From contig JBDIWC010000024.1 of NCBI GenBank assembly GCA_039794085.1, forward strand, positions 1-60,384: 60,384 nucleotides of DNA, read 5' to 3'. The notes under the pieces were generated by a model. The model did no database searches and was not told where the DNA came from. It saw nothing but the letters and a program-made list of their open reading frames with translations. Positions 34,911-43,831 of this stretch are shown piece after piece. The position numbers and the translations under genes are program-made. The first letter of the stretch is position 1. The number at the start of each line of letters is the position of its first letter. Source of the DNA: Gemmatimonadales bacterium. GTDB taxonomy: Bacteria > Gemmatimonadota > Gemmatimonadetes > Gemmatimonadales > GWC2-71-9.

Positions 34911-37853
34911 TTACATCCCGCTATCGTCCGCGGTGGGGGCCCCCTTCGCCTTCCCGGCATCGAGGTCGTTCCAGTTCAGGATCGTGTTGAAGCCCAGGAA
35001 GAACGTCCCCTGGGTCTGCCACCGCCAGAACGGCCGGATGGCGAACATCACCACGTGACCCTTCCCCATCGGGGCGTCCACCACCTGGGCCTTGTTGGCC
35101 AGCGCCTCCCCGCCGGCCAGGGTGCCGGACAGGAGCATCTGGTCGGCCCGTGCCGGGAACTGCATGATGACCCGGGGACGTGCCGCGTCGAGGTTCAACC
35201 CGAACTGGCGGGCCCGCCGCCGGAACTCGGCCGCGTCGGCGTCGCCACCGCCGCCTGCTCCCTGGCCGCGACGGGGCCGAGCGTTGCTGTCGGCCTCCCA
35301 CGGGCTGAGCTGCAGGCGGGATGCCATCGGGGTGATGTTCTGGCTCCGGGATGACGTGGCGCCGCCGAACCCGCCGAACCCGCCGAACCCACCGACGTTG
35401 AGCACCGGTCCCTGGTTGAAGTACACCGGCAGTTGGCGCCCCGCGTACCCATAGGCGATGGGACTCGCGGCATCGGCGATCATGCCCCGGATGATCGAAC
35501 CCCGCACGAAGAGATCCTCCGGCTCCTCCACCGTCACGCCGCTGGTGAGTCCGTAGGCCGGGAAGATGTTGGTGGTGGCGCCCTCGACGAGGAGGGTCCC
35601 CCCCTCCTCCACGAACCGGGCCAGCTCGGCCAGGCCTTCGAGCCCCATGCCACCCCGGATGTCGTCACTCTGGTCGAGGGCGCCGAGGTGCGGGGTCTTG
35701 TCCGTCTTCCGGTACGGCAGCGGCACGTCATCGGCCTTCGCGATGCCGTTCACCTGGGCGGTGGCGCTCCCCCCGACATGGGGATAGATGATCACGTCAT
35801 ACCTGGCCCGGAGGTTCCCCTCCCGGAGCTTCTGGTCGGCAAAGTAGGTGTAGGGCACTCCGTAGGTGTCGAGCGCCGCCCGCACCCATCCCTCGTCCTG
35901 GGTCCGCTGCCAGCTGTGGACGTACCCGATCCGCGGAAGATCGAGCTCATGGGTCCGCACCGACGGTGCTTCGGCCACGGCCCGGCCGGTAAGGCCAAGC
36001 TCGGTGAGGGTCGGCGCCAGGGCGGCACGATCGGCGTCGGGGATGATGAAGGTCCCGGCCCGATAGCTCTTCCCGTCGAGGGTGAAATCCTCCTCGGCGG
36101 CGAGCATCCTCACGCCCGCGTGGCGATACCGGAACGCCATCAGGTTGTTGTCGGTCGTGTGCTCCACCACCACCACGTTGCCGGTGCCGCTCAGGCCGCC
36201 CGTGGCACGCGCATCGGTGGTCAGGGCGGCGAGGCGCTGCGACAGGACCGCCTTGTCGGTCACCGGGGTGACGGTGACATTTCGCATCAGTTGGAAGGTC
36301 CACCCCGTGTCGTCATAGGGGCGCGGGTTGCTGGGCGAGAAGTTCTGGAGCGAGAAGTACATGTCGGCCATGGTGCGATAGGGCTGGTCGGCGCGGATCA
36401 CCCAGTCCCCCGTCTTCACCTGCACCGTGCCGGCCCGGAAGTCGGCCTGGGCCACGTGGATCTCCAGCCCCTGCCTCCGCAGCTCGTTCACGGCATCGGC
36501 GGCGTCGGCCTGGCGCCGCTGGCCGGCGGGAATCACCCAGGCGTGGATCGGACCGTTCCGCCCCTTCTCCACCGAGCGCTTGTTCTTGATCCAGTAGTTC
36601 TCCAGATACGCCTCCCCGTTCTTCGCCACGTGATTGAGGGCGATCAACAGGGCCGACTGCTGGATGTTGGTGTTGTTCCGCGGGCCCCAGGCGATGGACG
36701 AGAGCGGCGGGTTGCCCCGGAACCACTCCCGGCTCGTGGTGGTGGCGCCGGCCCGCACGGTGGTGGTGTCGGGTCCGTAGCTCTGCACCTCGTAGAACCG
36801 CCCCACCGCATTGTGGGTATGGGCGATGAAGAACATGTAGTTGGGAGTCCAGCCGTCGTAGAACCCGTAGGTCCACACCCCGGGGACCCCGCGCTTGGTC
36901 ATCTCCATCACTTCGGTCTTCGCGAGGAGCCACCACTCATCGATCGTGATCGGATCGATCGCCTCGTTATAGGGGCCGGTTCCGGTCGAGGCATAGAGAT
37001 AGGTGGCCGCCTCGTGCAAGTCGTGCATGATGGTCGGCTTCCACTCGTTGTAGAAGCGGGTGACGTTCCGGGTCAGGGCCAGGAACTGCCCCATGCCGTC
37101 CCGGTTGTTATCATGGGCCACATACTTGCCCCAGTACATCAGGGGGAGCCGGGACGACCCCTCGGGCCGGCTCTTGTTGAAATAGTAGGTGTCGACCTGC
37201 TTTTCCCGGCCATCCACCTCGACCACGGGGGTGATGAAGGTGATGACGCCGTTCCGGATCGCCTGGATGAACGGAGTCTCCTCCACCGCCAGGCGGTAGG
37301 CCAGCTCCATGAGCATCTCGGGTCCGCCCGTTTCCGGCGAATGCATCCCGCTGGTGACCCAGTAGATCGGCTTCGCCTCGCCGATCAGTCGCCGCGCCTC
37401 GGCCTCGGTGGTTTTCCGCGGATCGGTCAGGGCCCCGATCATCCCCTTGTACCGGTCGAGCTGGCGGATCGTCTCCTCGTCGGCCACGGCGAGCACCACC
37501 ATGTCCCGCCCCTCCTCCGTCTTCCCGATGGTCCAGACCTTCACCCGGTCGGACGCCGCATCCAGCGCCTCGTAATACCGCTGGATGTCCTTCGCGTAGG
37601 TCAGCTCTCCCGGGGTTCCCACGATCCGGCCCAGGAACTTGAGGGGTGTCGGCACCGTGGCCGACGCCGGGAGATGATCCACCAGTTCGGTCGTGATCCG
37701 GTCATCCCGGAGGTATTCCTTGATCTTCCGGGTGTATTCCTCGTCGTTCCGTTGGGTGGACTGGGCCGCCACCATCCCCGCGGAGGCCAGCAGGGTCAGG
37801 GTCAGCAGGGCGACGCGTGCCGGGCGAAGCGTCGACGCGATCGTGCGGAACAT
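34911..37853 (-). CDS. Secreted M14-family zinc carboxypeptidase-like protein
   Basis: Signal peptide; GMHSPE, HDNNRD, HDLHE motifs; C-terminal glutamine-amidotransferase-like region (DEGWVR). Confidence 0.88.
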   Translation of the reverse strand: MFRTIASTLRPARVALLTLTLLASAGMVAAQSTQRNDEEYTRKIKEYLRDDRITTELVDHLPASATVPTPLKFLGRIVGTPGELTYAKDIQRYYEALDAASDRVKVWTIGKTEEGRDMVVLAVADEETIRQLDRYKGMIGALTDPRKTTEAEARRLIGEAKPIYWVTSGMHSPETGGPEMLMELAYRLAVEETPFIQAIRNGVITFITPVVEVDGREKQVDTYYFNKSRPEGSSRLPLMYWGKYVAHDNNRDGMGQFLALTRNVTRFYNEWKPTIMHDLHEAATYLYASTGTGPYNEAIDPITIDEWWLLAKTEVMEMTKRGVPGVWTYGFYDGWTPNYMFFIAHTHNAVGRFYEVQSYGPDTTTVRAGATTTSREWFRGNPPLSSIAWGPRNNTNIQQSALLIALNHVAKNGEAYLENYWIKNKRSVEKGRNGPIHAWVIPAGQRRQADAADAVNELRRQGLEIHVAQADFRAGTVQVKTGDWVIRADQPYRTMADMYFSLQNFSPSNPRPYDDTGWTFQLMRNVTVTPVTDKAVLSQRLAALTTDARATGGLSGTGNVVVVEHTTDNNLMAFRYRHAGVRMLAAEEDFTLDGKSYRAGTFIIPDADRAALAPTLTELGLTGRAVAEAPSVRTHELDLPRIGYVHSWQRTQDEGWVRAALDTYGVPYTYFADQKLREGNLRARYDVIIYPHVGGSATAQVNGIAKADDVPLPYRKTDKTPHLGALDQSDDIRGGMGLEGLAELARFVEEGGTLLVEGATTNIFPAYGLTSGVTVEEPEDLFVRGSIIRGMIADAASPIAYGYAGRQLPVYFNQGPVLNVGGFGGFGGFGGATSSRSQNITPMASRLQLSPWEADSNARPRRGQGAGGGGDADAAEFRRRARQFGLNLDAARPRVIMQFPARADQMLLSGTLAGGEALANKAQVVDAPMGKGHVVMFAIRPFWRWQTQGTFFLGFNTILNWNDLDAGKAKGAPTADDSGM

Positions 37854-38022
37854 GGGTTCTCCTGAGTAAAGTGGCGGACAGGGGGCCGGGGATCTCGGAG
37901 AGTACCGGTCACCGTGAATACGCGCAACACCACGGCAGCGTTGCGCGAGTGGCGTCCGGTCGGGTCGGAGGTATCTTCCGGAGGACCCCCGCACGATCCA
38001 TTCGTCCGAGAGCAGGCCGACC

Positions 38023-38571
38023 ATGCCCCCCGATTCCATCTTCCGCAATCCCTCCGCCGGCGCGGCCGAGCGCCGGTCGGCCTACGTGACTGGCGTGCTC
38101 GCCCTGGTCGAGGGGCACGATCCGATGGCGGTCCTCCGTGAAACGCCCGGAGTGCTCGAGGAGGTCGTGGCCACCATGGAACCGGACGCCTTGGGCGTGC
38201 GGGAGGGGGAGAACAAGTGGTCGGTCGCGATCGTCCTGCAGCACCTCGCCGACTCCGAGCTGGTCTGGGGATGGCGCCTCCGCGTGGTGCTCGCCGAGGA
38301 CCGCCCTCCGCTCACGGGATACGACCAGGACCGGTGGGTCGATCGACTGCTCTACGCCAAGTGCGATCCCGCGGACGCGCTGCAGATGTTCAGCGTCCTG
38401 CGCCGGTCGCACCTCTGTCTCCTCGATAACATCGGCCCCGAGGACCGGCAGCGGGTGGGAGTGCACGCCGAACGGGGCGAGGAGTCGGTGGAGCACATGA
38501 TCCGACTCTACGCGGGACACGACCTGGTGCACCGTCGCCAGATCGACCGGATCCGCCGCGCGGTGTCCTGA
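38023..38571 (+). CDS. DinB/YfiT-like metal-dependent protein
   Basis: KWSVAIVLQHLADSE...GYDQDRW...GVHAERGEES...AGHDLVHRRQI. Confidence 0.88.
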   Translation: MPPDSIFRNPSAGAAERRSAYVTGVLALVEGHDPMAVLRETPGVLEEVVATMEPDALGVREGENKWSVAIVLQHLADSELVWGWRLRVVLAEDRPPLTGYDQDRWVDRLLYAKCDPADALQMFSVLRRSHLCLLDNIGPEDRQRVGVHAERGEESVEHMIRLYAGHDLVHRRQIDRIRRAVS

Positions 38572-38603
38572 CCGGAACCGGGCGGTTCGCACTCCTACCC
38601 CGG

Positions 38604-38761
38604 GTCATCCCGAGGGCGAAGCCCGAGGGATCTGTGAAAATCGGTCGGTGAACTTCCCGACGGCCGCGTCATCCATTCGTTGCCACCGCGACGCATCGCA
38701 ATCCAGACAACGGGAAGTACACCTGCTGATTCCACAGATCCCTCACTTCGTTCGGGATGAC
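38604..38761. repeat. Paired REP element (GTCATCCCGAG...GGGATCT / AGATCCCTCACTTCGTTCGGGATGAC)
   Basis: Inverted termini visible in the intergenic space. Confidence 0.7.
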
Positions 38762-38907
38762 TCCGTTCCTTCGTGGCTGGCGACGAGACGCCTGTCGTCC
38801 CGGGGCGGGTACTCCCACCCAACCTCCGCGAACTCCTCAGTTCCCTACCGCTTGCATCCCCGCGCGCTCCCGCAGACCTTTCCCGGATCACCCTGCGGAG
38901 TTCACCC

Positions 38908-39363
38908 ATGCGCAAACCCCTCCAGACCTACACCCACGGGGCCCTGACCGTCACCTTCGACCCCAACGTCTGCCTCCACTCCGGAGTCTGTCTCCACGCC
39001 CTGCCCCGCGTGTTCGACATCACGCAGAAGCGCTGGATCCAACTGGAACACGAGCCCGCCAACCTCATTGCCGACGTGGTGTCCCGCTGTCCCTCGGGAG
39101 CCCTGCAGTACGAGATGGCCGATGCGCCTGCTGCCCCGGAGCCGCCGCCGACCACCGCGTCACCGGTCCTGATGGAGCTCCTCGCCGATGGCCCGGTGCG
39201 GGTCGAGGGCCCCATCCGCATCACCCTGGAGAGCGGTGAGATCGTGGAGAAACCGGGCCGGGTCCATCTCTGCCGCTGCGGCGCCAGCCAGAAGAAGCCG
39301 TTCTGTGATGGAAGTCACAAGCAGACAGGATTCAAGTCCACCGTCACCCTTCCCGCGGGCTGA
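38908..39363 (+). CDS. Divergent 4Fe-4S domain + CDGSH iron-sulfur domain protein
   Basis: CLHSGVC...RCPSGAL and LCRCGASQKKPFCDGSH. Confidence 0.92.
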   Translation: MRKPLQTYTHGALTVTFDPNVCLHSGVCLHALPRVFDITQKRWIQLEHEPANLIADVVSRCPSGALQYEMADAPAAPEPPPTTASPVLMELLADGPVRVEGPIRITLESGEIVEKPGRVHLCRCGASQKKPFCDGSHKQTGFKSTVTLPAG

Positions 39364-39375
39364 CCGGTTTCCTCA

Positions 39376-41337
39376 ATGCCGGCCGATGCGTCCCTTGAGT
39401 TTGCCGATCTCCAGGAGGCCCTGGCGGGACGCTATTCCCTCGATCGGGAGATCGGCCGCGGAGGGATGGGCATCGTCTATCTCGCCCGCGATGTGAGCCT
39501 CGACCGTCCGGTCGCGATCAAGCTCTTCCCCCCCGATCTGGCCCGGATCCCCGAGGCCCGCGCCCGGTTCCTGCAGGAGGCCCGGACCGCCGCCCGCCTC
39601 TCCCATCCCCACATCGTGCCGGTGCATGCGGTCGAGGAGGCGGGCTCGTTCGTCTTCATGGTGATGACCTTCGTGGATGGGGAGTCGCTGACCGAACGGA
39701 TCGCGCGCACCGGACCGCTGTCGCCGAGGGATGCCACCCGGGTGATCCGGGAGGTGGCGTGGGCCCTGGCACATGCGCATGCGCAGGGTGTCATCCATCG
39801 CGACGTCAAGGCCGACAACATCCTGTTGGAGACGGGGGGGGGGAGCGGCCGGGCCCTCGTGTCCGATTTCGGCATCGCCACCTCGCTGGCCGATGGCGAC
39901 GGGATCGAGGTCACCGGCACCCCCGCCTACATGAGCCCGGAACAGGCCACCGGGTCCCCCCTCGACGGCCGGAGTGACCTCTACAGCCTCGGCGTCGTCG
40001 GTTTTCTGGCCCTTGCCGGTTCCCTGCCGTTCGAGGGACCCACCGCGGCCGACACCCTGGCACTTCACCTGCGCGCCCCGGTCCCGCGTCTCCACCCGAA
40101 GGTCCCCGGCGCTCCGGCCCGGCTCTGCGCCCTGGTGGAACGGTGCCTGGCCAAGGATCCTGAGTCGCGTCCCCGATCGGCGCAATCGCTCGCCGATGCC
40201 CTGGAGACGGCGCTGGAGACCCGGCGGGAGCTCCCGGTGGCGGTACGACACTTCGTGGAGCAGAGCAGGGGAGCGATGCGAGGCGCCGTGGGGTTCCTGC
40301 TTTTTTTCTGGCTCATGGGTCCGCTGGTCGTCGTCGGGCTCAGCCTGGGGATCACTGCCGCCATCGGCGTAGGACTCGGGATTCTCCTCGTGCCCGTCAG
40401 CATCGCGATTGCCCGGTGTCGGCGGGTGCTCCACGCCGGGTTCGAGCACGCCGACATTGTCCGGGGATTCGAACGGGATCTCGAGGCCCGGCACGACGAG
40501 CTCACCTTCCTCTACGGTGCCGACCACCTCACACTGACGAAGCGGCTCCGTCCGCTCGGCTACGCCCTCCTCGCCGCCGCCCTCGGACTGGCCATTGCCC
40601 CGGCGACCGGCCTGATTGCCCTCGGAGCCGGAGTGACTGGCGGCGGTTCGATGCTGCTGGGGGCCGCCGGCATCATCGCGCTGGTGCAGGCGGACAAGCG
40701 CTCCGACATCCCGCACAAGCGGCGCCGGAAGTTCTGGAAGGGACGGATCGGATCCTGGCTCTTTCGGCTCGCGGGATTCCGGCTGGCACAGCCCTCGCCT
40801 GCGGTCGCCTTCACCCACCGTCCCACCGAGATGGCGATCGGCCTGAGCGTACTCGGACTCTATCAGGCCCTTCCCGCAGCATCCCGCGAGGCACTCGGCG
40901 ATCTGCCCGGGGTCGTGAAGGGACTGGAGACGGAGGCACGCCGGATGCGGGAGCGCGTCGAGGAACTGTCCGCGATCCTCCAGGACGAACCTCCCGGCGC
41001 TCGAGAGGCCGATGACGACCTCACCCGGCAGAGGGAGGCCGCGATCCATCAGGTGCAGACCATTCACGACCAGGCCCAGGCCCGGCTCCGGGAGGCCGTC
41101 ACGGCCCTGGAGACGCTCCGCGTCGACCTCCTCCGCTTGCAAGGTGGCTCCACCGACCTCGCGCGCGTTACCACGCGGCTCGGTGCTGCCCGGGAGATCG
41201 CCGCGGACCTGGAGCGCCTCCTGGAGGGGCAGGCCGAGCTCGAAGAGGTGACCCGGAACCCCTCATTGCGAGGAGGCGAAGAGATTGCTTCAGGCCCTTC
41301 CGGCCTTCGCAACAAGGCCGACGTGGCAATCCGGTGA
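39376..41337 (+). CDS. Hanks-type Ser/Thr protein kinase with membrane segments and C-terminal coiled coil
   Basis: GRGGMGIVY, VAIK, HRDVKADNIL, DFGIA, GTPAYMSPEQ, DLYSLG. Confidence 0.95.
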   Translation: MPADASLEFADLQEALAGRYSLDREIGRGGMGIVYLARDVSLDRPVAIKLFPPDLARIPEARARFLQEARTAARLSHPHIVPVHAVEEAGSFVFMVMTFVDGESLTERIARTGPLSPRDATRVIREVAWALAHAHAQGVIHRDVKADNILLETGGGSGRALVSDFGIATSLADGDGIEVTGTPAYMSPEQATGSPLDGRSDLYSLGVVGFLALAGSLPFEGPTAADTLALHLRAPVPRLHPKVPGAPARLCALVERCLAKDPESRPRSAQSLADALETALETRRELPVAVRHFVEQSRGAMRGAVGFLLFFWLMGPLVVVGLSLGITAAIGVGLGILLVPVSIAIARCRRVLHAGFEHADIVRGFERDLEARHDELTFLYGADHLTLTKRLRPLGYALLAAALGLAIAPATGLIALGAGVTGGGSMLLGAAGIIALVQADKRSDIPHKRRRKFWKGRIGSWLFRLAGFRLAQPSPAVAFTHRPTEMAIGLSVLGLYQALPAASREALGDLPGVVKGLETEARRMRERVEELSAILQDEPPGAREADDDLTRQREAAIHQVQTIHDQAQARLREAVTALETLRVDLLRLQGGSTDLARVTTRLGAAREIAADLERLLEGQAELEEVTRNPSLRGGEEIASGPSGLRNKADVAIR

Positions 41338-41903
41338 ACACGGTTCCAGAATCAGGTCGGCACGCCACTCCACACTCCCGAGCATTACCCGGGCTCGATG
41401 GGTCGGGCTTTCAGCCCTTCGGATCGTCTGCACCTTCGATTCCCGGGGCGTTGCCCCGGGCTGGTATGCGCCGGGCCTTCAGCCCGGAGAAAGCATGGCG
41501 GGCTCCTCCGGTCCACCCGTCCCCGCAGTGTATCCAGAGCTCGGACTGCCTGGTGGCGGACTGGAAGGTCGGGGAAGGATCCGGAGGGCAACGCATTCCC
41601 CAAGTCTCGCGTAATCTCTGGCGATCGGGTAACCGGATTCCGGCAGGGCGGATCCCGGAAACGCGAGACGTGCGCCGAGGGTCCCGGCACCCAGGGCCGA
41701 CGGCCCGGAGAAAGCATGGCGGGGTCCTCCGGTCCGCCCGTCCCTGCAGTGTGACCAGACCGCAGACTGCCTGGTGGGGGACGGGGAAGGATCCGGTGGG
41801 TGACGCATGCCCCGAGTATCGCGGGATCTCTGGCGATCGGGTAACCGGATCCCGGCAGGGCGGAGCCCGGAAACGCGAGCACGAGACGTGCGCCGAGGGT
41901 TTC

Positions 41904-42290
41904 GGCACCCAGGGCCAACGGCCCGACCGACCCATATCAGCCCGGGGCAACGCCCCGGGGGGCCATCAGGTGACGAACCCATCGGGCTGCGAGAACCGGC
42001 CCGGCACCCAGGGCCAACGGCCCGTCCCATATCAGCCCGGGGCAACGCCCCGGGGGGAGCCATCAGGTGACGAACCCATCGGGCTGCGAGAACCGGCCCG
42101 GCACCCAGGGCCAACGGCCCGCCCCATATCAGCCCGGGGCAACGCCCCGGGGTGGGCCATCAGGTGACGAACCCATCGGGCTGCGAGAACCGGCCCGGGA
42201 CCCAGGGCCAACGGCCCGCCCCATATCAGCCCGGGGCAACGCCCCGGGGGGCCATCGGGTGACGAACCCATCGGGCTGAAGGCCCGAGCC
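41904..42290. repeat. Four tandem ~97-bp units with the palindrome CCCGGGGCAACGCCCCGGG
   Basis: Units start at ~41904, 42003, 42100 and 42197. Confidence 0.9.
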
Positions 42291-42296
42291 ATTTTC

Positions 42297-42746
42297 TCAT
42301 CCCCATACGAAACGTTCGTCGAAGGCCACCTCGTGTCTCGCCAGGAGCTCTCGATACTCCTCCTCGAAGGTCCGAATCCGGTGATGTTCGTCCTGTCGCT
42401 CGATGTACCGACAGAGTCGCTCTCGCTCCGAAGCCCGCACGGAAAAGGCACCATACCCCCTCTGCCAGGCGAAGTCCGCCAACCCCGCCTCCTGTTTCAG
42501 CCACTTCGACGAGGACACCTTCAAAGTCTCGACCAGGCCCGCGACCGTCCGTGTACGGGCCAGGTCGAGCGCCAGGTGGACGTGGTCCGCTGTCCCTCCC
42601 ACTCGATAACACTCGCACCCGGCGGTACGGGACACGCCGGCCAGATACGCATGCAGCGCCGGCCGGAGTGACGGGTTCAGCACGGGGCGCCGATCCTTCG
42701 TGCTGAACACCACGTGGATGAGGACCAGGGAGAGGGATTGTGGCAT
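42297..42746 (-). CDS. tnpA: IS200/IS605-family Y1 HUH transposase
   Basis: MPQSLSLVLIHVVFSTKDRR...DHVHL (HUH)...LKVSSSKW...FAWQRGYGAFSV...RYIERQDEHH. Confidence 0.93.
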   Translation of the reverse strand: MPQSLSLVLIHVVFSTKDRRPVLNPSLRPALHAYLAGVSRTAGCECYRVGGTADHVHLALDLARTRTVAGLVETLKVSSSKWLKQEAGLADFAWQRGYGAFSVRASERERLCRYIERQDEHHRIRTFEEEYRELLARHEVAFDERFVWG

Positions 42747-43029
42747 TATCCGAGCTCGATGGGTCGGGCTTTCAGCCCTTCGGGATCGTCTACACTTTCC
42801 ATTCCCGGGGCGTTGCCCCGGGCTGGTATGCTCCGGGCCTTCAGCCCGGAGAGCATTGCGGGTCCTCCGGTCCACCCGTCCCCGCGGTGCGACCAGATCT
42901 GAGACTGCCTGCTGGGGGAAGGACCCGGAGGGCGACGCATGCCTGGAGTTTCGCGTGATCTCTGGCGATCGGGTAACCGGATCCCGGCAGGGCGGAGCCC
43001 GGAAACGCGAGACGTGCGCCGAGGGTCCC

Positions 43030-43390
43030 GGCACCCAGGGCCAACGGCCCGACCGACCCATATCAGCCCGGGGCAACGCCCCGGGGGGCCATCAGGTGAC
43101 GAACCCATCGGGCTGCGAGAACCAGCCCGGGACCCAGGGCCAACGGCCCGCCCCATATCAGCCCGGGGCAGCGCCCCGGGGGGGGCATCGGGTGACGAAC
43201 CCATATCAGCCCGGGGCAACGCCCCGGGGGGGGGCATCGGGTGACGAACCCATCGGGCTGCGAGAACCGGCCCGGGACCCAGGGCCAACGGCCCGGGACC
43301 CAGGGCCAACGGCCCGCCCCATATCAGCCCGGGGCAACGCCCCGGGGGGCCATCGGGTGACGAACCCATCGGGCTGAAGGCCCGAGCCAT
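43030..43390. repeat. Second array of the ~97-bp unit, with partial copies
   Basis: Same unit as 41904-42290, with internal sub-duplications. Confidence 0.88.
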
Positions 43391-43427
43391 TTTTCTCATC
43401 CTCATGCGAAGCGTTTGTCGAACGCTG

Positions 43428-43535
43428 TCAGGGCCCGACCGGATTGATCTCGCCACCGAGCCCGATCGGATCCTCTCTGAGGAACCGCCCTGTACCCGGC
43501 TCGTACCACCGGTTCCGCATATAGTAGGGATCGAG
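43428..43535 (-). pseudogene. RHS repeat-associated core remnant
   Basis: YYMRNRWYEPGTGRFLREDPIGLGGEINP matches the RHS core signature; no RHS body or toxin tip. Confidence 0.75.
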
Positions 43536-43831
43536 CTCCGGCCCCACCCAGAGAACAGTGAGCGGAGAGGGGTCAGGAGTGACCGCAGACGTGGTTCCCA
43601 GGTGCTCTGGAATTGTGCTCGCCACCCGGCTCAGGGCACCGGCACTTCTTCAACACCACCCTCCGAGGATACCTTGAAACCCGAAACGCCTCGTTGCGAG
43701 GATGTGGAGCTGACTCCCACGGGCCCTGCGGGCCCTCGCGATGACAGCCCCTCGCGAAGCGTCACCGCGAGGTGGCGAACCGATTGCCACAGGCCCTTCG
43801 GGCCCTACGCGATGACCACACCGAGGTGGTG

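Larger units (their letters stand above)
41385..43420 (-). mobile_element. IS200/IS605-like tnpA locus embedded in two homologous REP/tandem-repeat blocks
   Basis: tnpA flanked by blocks ~41390-42296 and ~42750-43395, in direct orientation, each bounded by GGGCTTTCAGCCC...GGGCTGAAGGCCC. Confidence 0.8.

Noticed and set aside
41904..43390. CRISPR array
   Set aside because: The units repeat in full with no unique spacers, and no cas genes are present.
42297..43700. TnpB/IscB RNA-guided nuclease next to tnpA
   Set aside because: No ORF with RuvC or zinc-finger motifs on either side.
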